NCBI GenBank assembly: GCA_002256025.1
Contig: NKIB01015239.1
Coordinates: 1-37,256, forward strand
Length of the DNA: 37,256 bases
Source: Asterionella formosa
Taxonomy: Eukaryota
Reading direction: 5' to 3'
Part shown: piece by piece, positions 31,379 through 37,256 of the stretch
How positions within the stretch are numbered: position 1 is the stretch's first letter
Layout of the letters: every line of letters starts with the position of its first letter
Made by a program: the position numbers and the translations under genes
Notes under the pieces: generated by a model
Seen by the model: the letters and a program-made list of their open reading frames with translations, nothing else
The model's database searches: none
What the model was told of the DNA's origin: nothing

Positions 31379-31948
31379 GACGTAATTGTTGGCTCTGTAT
31401 CATTTTCGTTGCCACGACCCCTGATGGTCATGTTCCACCTATCCCTTTCTGTGAATCCAAATACAAGGGTGGGTCAGAAAAGGTCTAAGGTCATCAATTC
31501 GAAGTAGTAGAATGGTTGTTAAATCTAAGACACCGTAAAAAGGCTGTTAAGGAATTAATGTTCTTGCAATTGAACTTCTAGCTTGATCTAGGGGGGTTAA
31601 GAATTAATATTGATTCAGAGTAGACCGAAATAATCAAAGAAACACATTTCATCAGTAAAATAAAAATGTACGCCTACATCTCCATACAGGGCATCTCCAC
31701 GCAAAATACCTACTACATATATACAGTTGTTGGTCAAAGTATGGGTTTATGTCGGGATATCGGATCAGTAGAGAAAGTGCAACTTGGGCTATAGACTAAA
31801 AAGCATGCTGGGTTTAAATGGCTCTTTTGGCATTGTAAAAAGCTAAGTTCCTGTTTGCAATTTTTTGCCAGAAGTGATATTACTACCTATGGATCATGTA
31901 TTTTAATTCACCTTCAAACACCACAAATGATGAGCAATTGACAATATT

Positions 31949-31986
31949 GGCCTTTCTAACAGTCTCCAAAATATTGGAATCAGAAT
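31949..31986 (+). repeat. Short dispersed repeat, copy 2
   Basis: Matches 9466-9503. Confidence 0.85.
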
Positions 31987-32660
31987 CACAATGTACTGAA
32001 ACTTCCGTTGGAATAGGAGACTGCTTGTGAAGGAATTGTCAGAGTAAAATCTTAAATTTATAAGTCTATGAAACAACTTCAAAAGAATTCAATAATTCAA
32101 ATTGAATTGATTGCTATTCAAAATTAGCCCCTAAACATTCCCAATTCCAAGGAAATTCACCAACCTTATAATGGCATGTTTTAAAATGTTGCCAAGGTGA
32201 TTGAATGCAGAAACCTTTTAGTATGAAAAGCAATTATAGAGATCAAGGAGAATTTATCTAGATAAGCTCTTAATGGGATTCGCAAAAGGTGTTAATCCTG
32301 AGATGTTCTCTGTAGCCTACGTTTTAGCTACTGCATAAAGAGTGGCTAAGAACTTCTGTGAGCTGTAGATTTACCTGTTACTGTGGTACCCTGGTGCCCT
32401 GCAAATATCTAGAAGGAGCGAGGAGCCAGTATAGTCCTCTAGCATTCTTATGTGCTGCAGTAGCAACATCTTTGTGACCTATTTGAGCATCATTTGTATT
32501 TATTTCCCATACTAGCTATGACATGGTCATATGTAGGCTTGTGTTCCAGGATACCTAATAAGCAAATCAAAACTAGTATGGCTGGATGCAAATTCCAGAA
32601 ACCCCAGGTATCTTTGTGTAGGCCTGGTATATCAATTAGACATAACACTGAATATCACAC

Positions 32661-32737
32661 ATTTTGCACCATATTTTGCTAGCAAAATGCCAATCGCTTT
32701 TATTTTGCACCATATTTTGCTAGCAAGTACCAATCAC
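32661..32737 (+). repeat. 41-bp-period tandem duplication containing a 16-bp palindrome
   Basis: attttgcaccatattttgctagcaa at 32661 and 32702. attttgctagcaaaat (32673-32688) is palindromic. Confidence 0.9.
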
Positions 32738-33808
32738 TCACATGCTATTGCTTCTCTCTCGTTGTCATTGTGCTCAGCAGCCCCTACAACTCCTACTTAA
32801 AGCAATGCAATTGTCCTGATGAGTAGAAATTTCACCTTGAGGGGGAAGGGGGACTGCTGTGATGCACATTAACACAATAGTTTTGACACACTTAACATTT
32901 GTTAGTGCCAATAGTTCCTGCTGCTTCCATGTAATTTAACGATCATAGAAAGTAAATGGAATGACTGGGGGGAATGGCTTAGTGGTTAGCACACCCATTT
33001 TTCGATGTGCAGATGTACCAGTACCATGTCTACACCCAATGAGTATTTTGGAATGCTTCAATTGGTTTCGCTCGATTAATTTATTAAAATTGCTAATAAT
33101 TTAATTCTAGAACATGAGTTGATTCTTCTCTCATTGCTCTGCTATGTAACTCGTTTAAACCGCGTTTTTCGAGTATGCCGACCCTCAGCAGGTTGAAAAT
33201 GCTACTTACTATGTATTTCGTGCACCAGGTATTTGCTATACCGGTATAATCTTCCGTCCCAAAAATAAGCTGCGTGGGACTTGAGTCCGTCGAAGAGGGA
33301 GTACCTGGTACCACTTAATTAAGTACAAGTGAATGAACGATGTCATGCATGCATTTACATATAATAGGATAACCGGTACTCAATTCTGTGTGAGAGGTAT
33401 ACATACGACCGGATTCTGTTGGTTTTTCAGTTGCGTAGAATTAATCGGATGTTTGCGTGTGTCAACGTGTGCGTCAAGTAAAATTGAATCATATCATTTT
33501 ATAGGAACATGCACAACCGGTATACATCATAATACAACTCGACCACCATTTGTCCGAGTGTGTACCGGTAATGATTGAATGTCCTGCCTTCCCTAACATG
33601 ATGATCTGGCTGGACGAACAACAAGGAACAACTTTCACAAAACATCATCACATGATCACAGATAAAGCGAACTCAACAAATCAGTGCATCATCATGACCA
33701 TCAACTCACACATCACTTTGCCATCATCAGGAGTTGATTTCTGAATTCTTCATCTATCATAAATTTAAAAACTGAACACGATTACCCTACAAAAAGTAAA
33801 TTACCGCC

Positions 33809-34513
33809 ATGTTGCCAAACCCAACCAAGACGAAAGAAGTCTCAACCCATGGTTTCATTCCTGATCTCATCATGGAAGAAGAAAGCGAAGACGGGAATGA
33901 CATGAAATTCAATCTCGATTTGGATCACTTAACTCGTGATGCCATGAGATCCATCTTTGGATATGGCAGTACCCAACCGCACGTATCCGTACAAGGACCA
34001 GCGTGCCATAACGAGGAGGAAGGAGAATACTGGGATGAAGGACTTGAAATGGATTTTGATCTTGACTTGGATCATTTATTCCTAGAAGCGCTACGAGAAC
34101 TGTTTCTTCTCAAGCCAAAGAAGCCATTTCTTACCATGCCAAAAAAATCGAACGTCGATAAGGAGCGGTTCAAAATGGAGTTTCCTCTAGATTTGGACCA
34201 CTTGGTGCGAGACGCCCTCAATGAAATCCTGCATATTCAACCATTCGAAGACGATGAATGTACTCCGACAAGAGTGGATGAGGAAGGGGCAAACTGGGAT
34301 GAAGGACTAAACATGGAGTTTGACCTTGACTTGAATCACTTATTCCGGGATGCCATTGTATCCACTTGGCTCACTATAAAGCAGCGTATACAGGATGAAG
34401 TAAATCGTTTTCGACCAGTACTAAAAGTTAGGCCAACAAGCTTTCGAGGTACCATCACTACGCCCCAGCATCCTCATGACTGCAATCACAGAAGCAAACG
34501 TGCACTTGCATAA
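33809..34513 (+). CDS. Hypothetical acidic protein (234 aa) with four MxFxLDL(D/N)HL repeats
   Basis: MKFNLDLDHLTRDAM, MDFDLDLDHLFLEAL, MEFPLDLDHLVRDAL, MEFDLDLNHLFRDAI. Start context ccgccATG. Confidence 0.8.
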   Translation: MLPNPTKTKEVSTHGFIPDLIMEEESEDGNDMKFNLDLDHLTRDAMRSIFGYGSTQPHVSVQGPACHNEEEGEYWDEGLEMDFDLDLDHLFLEALRELFLLKPKKPFLTMPKKSNVDKERFKMEFPLDLDHLVRDALNEILHIQPFEDDECTPTRVDEEGANWDEGLNMEFDLDLNHLFRDAIVSTWLTIKQRIQDEVNRFRPVLKVRPTSFRGTITTPQHPHDCNHRSKRALA

Positions 34514-34732
34514 CATGATGTAACGACCTGAGTAACTCAACTCTTTCTAGAATACCAACCAAGCCAATACAATCATCTGTATACAACCATATATATATGT
34601 ATTTTTCATCACCCCCACCCCCCTCCCCACTTGACGTCAGCATCATCGGAATCTCTCGGAGATTATGATCTATGATAATGTAGTTAAGCCATGAATCAAA
34701 TAACGGTGCGTCTAGTCACCAAAACTGCACAA

Positions 34733-36116
34733 TTATGCATGCATGTACTCCTTTACACTTGTTGCAAGCGAATAATCGTCACTCTGCGGGTTCTCCTTCA
34801 TTTGTTCACGCAGCAGTCGTTGCGGGGTTGAAAACCCCATAACACGATCATAATCGTCAAAAATGGGATCCACTGGAAACGGCCAGGTGTGGTAGCCTGC
34901 AATGCCAAATACATCCTTGAGAGGAATCGCTTCCTCATCTGCTAAGTGCAAAACGTTGGTCGCCTTCTTCTTTAGTCGATCAATGGTACCAATCCCGCTA
35001 AAAAGTCCATAACATACATTCATAAGCATACTGGAAGTGAATAAAAAGGACCCAACACTCAAGCATGTCATAATCCGTACCAACTGGACGAGCACCGGAG
35101 CAAAGGTACAGTCTTCACTGGCACAAAAGAAATAATTCCATCCCAATAATGCCAACGACATCGCCGAGCACAGCCACGTATACGTCAAGAACAGAATAAA
35201 GTGTTTCATATTTGCGGAACCGATACAATTGTTCATCCACGGGCAGTGATGGTCCATTCTGGATATGCATCGGTTGCAAATGCGGCAGTGATGACTTAAA
35301 GGAGGTTTAAAGGTTTGACATTGGGAACACATGCTGAGTTTTTCGAATTTGCGTTGGATTTCCGTCGGGACAGCGGATGCTGGGATACTACCGGGGTCTG
35401 TCAGCGTAGTCTTTGCGTGACTCGCCAATGCAAGAGTGCAACAGATGCAATAGAGCATGGCTAGGCTCGGAGGAACACCGCCAGTTTGCGCCAAAAAGGT
35501 AACAGTCAACGCGGAATAGACTTTTCAGCGGATCGAAAATGGTTGGATTTGGAAATTTTTGTCAGTCCTCGGAAGGTTTCAAGTGATAATCACAATACGA
35601 GCGGCCAAGGCAACTCACCCAACAGCACCCATACTAGAAAGGACATAATCAAGCCTGCCTTGTCACTTGAATTCATCCACGTTCCGTGTTCCTCCGATGT
35701 TCCAAACGAGCACGCCCAAGGCGAATCGTTGAAATCGTCTCGATAGTAGAGACCATCCGGACCTTCCTCTTGGCGCATGTCGTGAGAAGAACAGCCACAG
35801 GCCTTCAAGCAGGACACATAGCTGTTGCTGATTCTTCGTCTCGTGGACGAGTCCTCCTTACTCTTTTCTGGAAACTCGAAGTGAATGGCGGGGGAGCTCT
35901 GAGTGGCACAAAATTAGATCAAATCAGATCAGAACCGTTCAGATATTGGCAAAGAAGGCTGTTGTCACTGTGGCTTACCGGATCATCGCGATACGGCATG
36001 TGCTGCTGTTCCGCAGCAAACCTCCTTCGAGTGCCCACCATCAGGGGAGCATGATCGTCTTGTTCACCAGATTGATCCACCGCCGCATAGTATTCGTATC
36101 TTGCATCGGACTTCAT
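34733..36116 (-). CDS. DHHC palmitoyltransferase (ZDHHC3/7-like), 3 exons: 36116-35979, 35898-35619, 35520-34733 (~401 aa)
   Basis: TDPG, CSQCQTFKPPLSHHCRICNRCISRMDHHCPWMNNCIGSANMKHFILF and four TM segments. GT-AG introns 35978-35899 (phase 0) and 35618-35521 (phase 1) keep the frame. Confidence 0.95.
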
Positions 36117-37171
36117 CGTGATGATTTTGATTGTGATAAAAACGATATGCTGGCACAGGTTCAGCCAATAATTGGATATTCCTGACGGAAGTCCATTACC
36201 AGTACGGGAGTAGATAACAATCAAAGTTTAAAATATTATTTTATACCGGTGGTGGCACTCATTATGTTATACTAGTAAGACACTTGAGTAGTCATGCAAC
36301 AACTACCAGCATAAATAACCAGTATGTTGGAACTACCGGTAATACCGGTAGTATAGTAAGTTATAGCATGTTCAATATTATACCTTGTACCAACGGTTCA
36401 TAGAATGCCAGTAACTGCCTTCCACTACAGTGCGTATCCTCATATTTAAAACTTACCAAGAAACACCAGCACAACAAGAATTGCAGTAAGAAAGCAAGAG
36501 CCCCCAATGACAAAAAAACAATATGCGAACACATGCCGACCACGGCTACGAGGGCAAGTTACGGCAAATGAAAATTTTAGCTTTGTTTGGCTGGTGGTAG
36601 GAAGCGTTATGTTAAAAAAATGGTGTATTTAAACAAGACATTGACATGCAACCTGGGCCTTACTTCGAATGTTTGTTGATAAAATGGGCAATAGAAAAAT
36701 CAATGTAAAAAGAATCCTAATCTGTCTTGTGATTTCTTAGCTAAATTAATTTTGTTTCATGATGCCGATCAACTGATGCAAAATGAGGGGGTCGATTGCT
36801 GCCATTTCGATTTTCAACTTTTTCATCTCTTGGCAAATCTTGGTAGCATTCCCGAAATGCTGCCAAGATTCACCAAGATTATCATGAAGAAGTTGAAAAT
36901 CACAGATCACAGCGATTTCATAATATCGGAGATTCATCAGTCATATGTTTGTATGCAGAAACCTTCATAGACTTACATCTAAGCCGCGTATTACGTGAAG
37001 TGACCATCACATAAATAAGCCTAGTTGATTTTGAATGCATCACATGAATTAGTTGAATACATCAAAATACGTAGTTGAATATATCTATATATTATCTGAA
37101 TACATCACGTTAAATATTTGATCAAAGTATCATGCATGCATTCCTGATCATCACTATATTATGTGATCACG

Positions 37172-37256
37172 TTCACATAATTATTTGAAATACTTCACAT
37201 AATTATTTGAAATACTTCACATAATTATTTGAAATACTTCACATAATTATTTGAAA
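37172..37256 (+). repeat. 22-bp tandem repeat (ttcacataattatttgaaatac) x3.9, running off the window end
   Basis: Identical units start at 37172, 37194, 37216 and 37238. Diverged units lie upstream from ~37039. Confidence 0.97.

Noticed and set aside
32816..32835. Hammerhead core ctgatgag..gaaa
   Set aside because: No stem II and no flanking stems I/III could be formed.
32839..32870. PPT-like gagggggaaggggga followed by tgtgatg (possible LTR start)
   Set aside because: No matching LTR end and no upstream pol motifs were found.
15961..36116. Prokaryotic-style defence operon (ATPase + PLD + methyltransferases)
   Set aside because: Genes have spliceosomal introns and alternating strands. The PLD is a two-HKD lipase type rather than a nuclease, and the methyltransferases are RNA-type.
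37172..37256. CRISPR-like palindromic repeats
   Set aside because: Units are contiguous with no unique spacers, there are no cas genes, and the context is eukaryotic.

Overview
Eukaryotic DNA, most likely from a diatom (inferred from short GT-AG introns, a CoDi-like Ty1/copia end, a diatom-type transmembrane LRR protein and a signal peptide followed by Phe, typical of plastid targeting). The left part (1-15.3 kb) is AT-rich and full of decayed transposon sequence. It holds the 3' end of a copia retrotransposon (RNase H, PPT, probable LTR), a decayed DDE-transposase-like relic, other broken ORFs, a ~280-bp dispersed repeat pair, a GC-rich structured-RNA candidate, and one nearly intact LRR receptor-like gene with 17 tandem 72-bp repeats plus an inverted LRR relic. 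After an N-gap the right part is gene-dense: a stand-alone STAND/COG3899-type ATPase with altered catalytic motifs, TARBP1/Trm3 tRNA methyltransferase (2 exons), a protein with an internal duplication, a compact bacterial-type phospholipase D, a probably plastid-targeted double-OB-fold methyltransferase, a protein with four FxLDLxHL repeats, and a 3-exon DHHC palmitoyltransferase. The window ends in a 22-bp palindromic tandem repeat. All family calls rest on motifs recognised by eye; no database searches were run.
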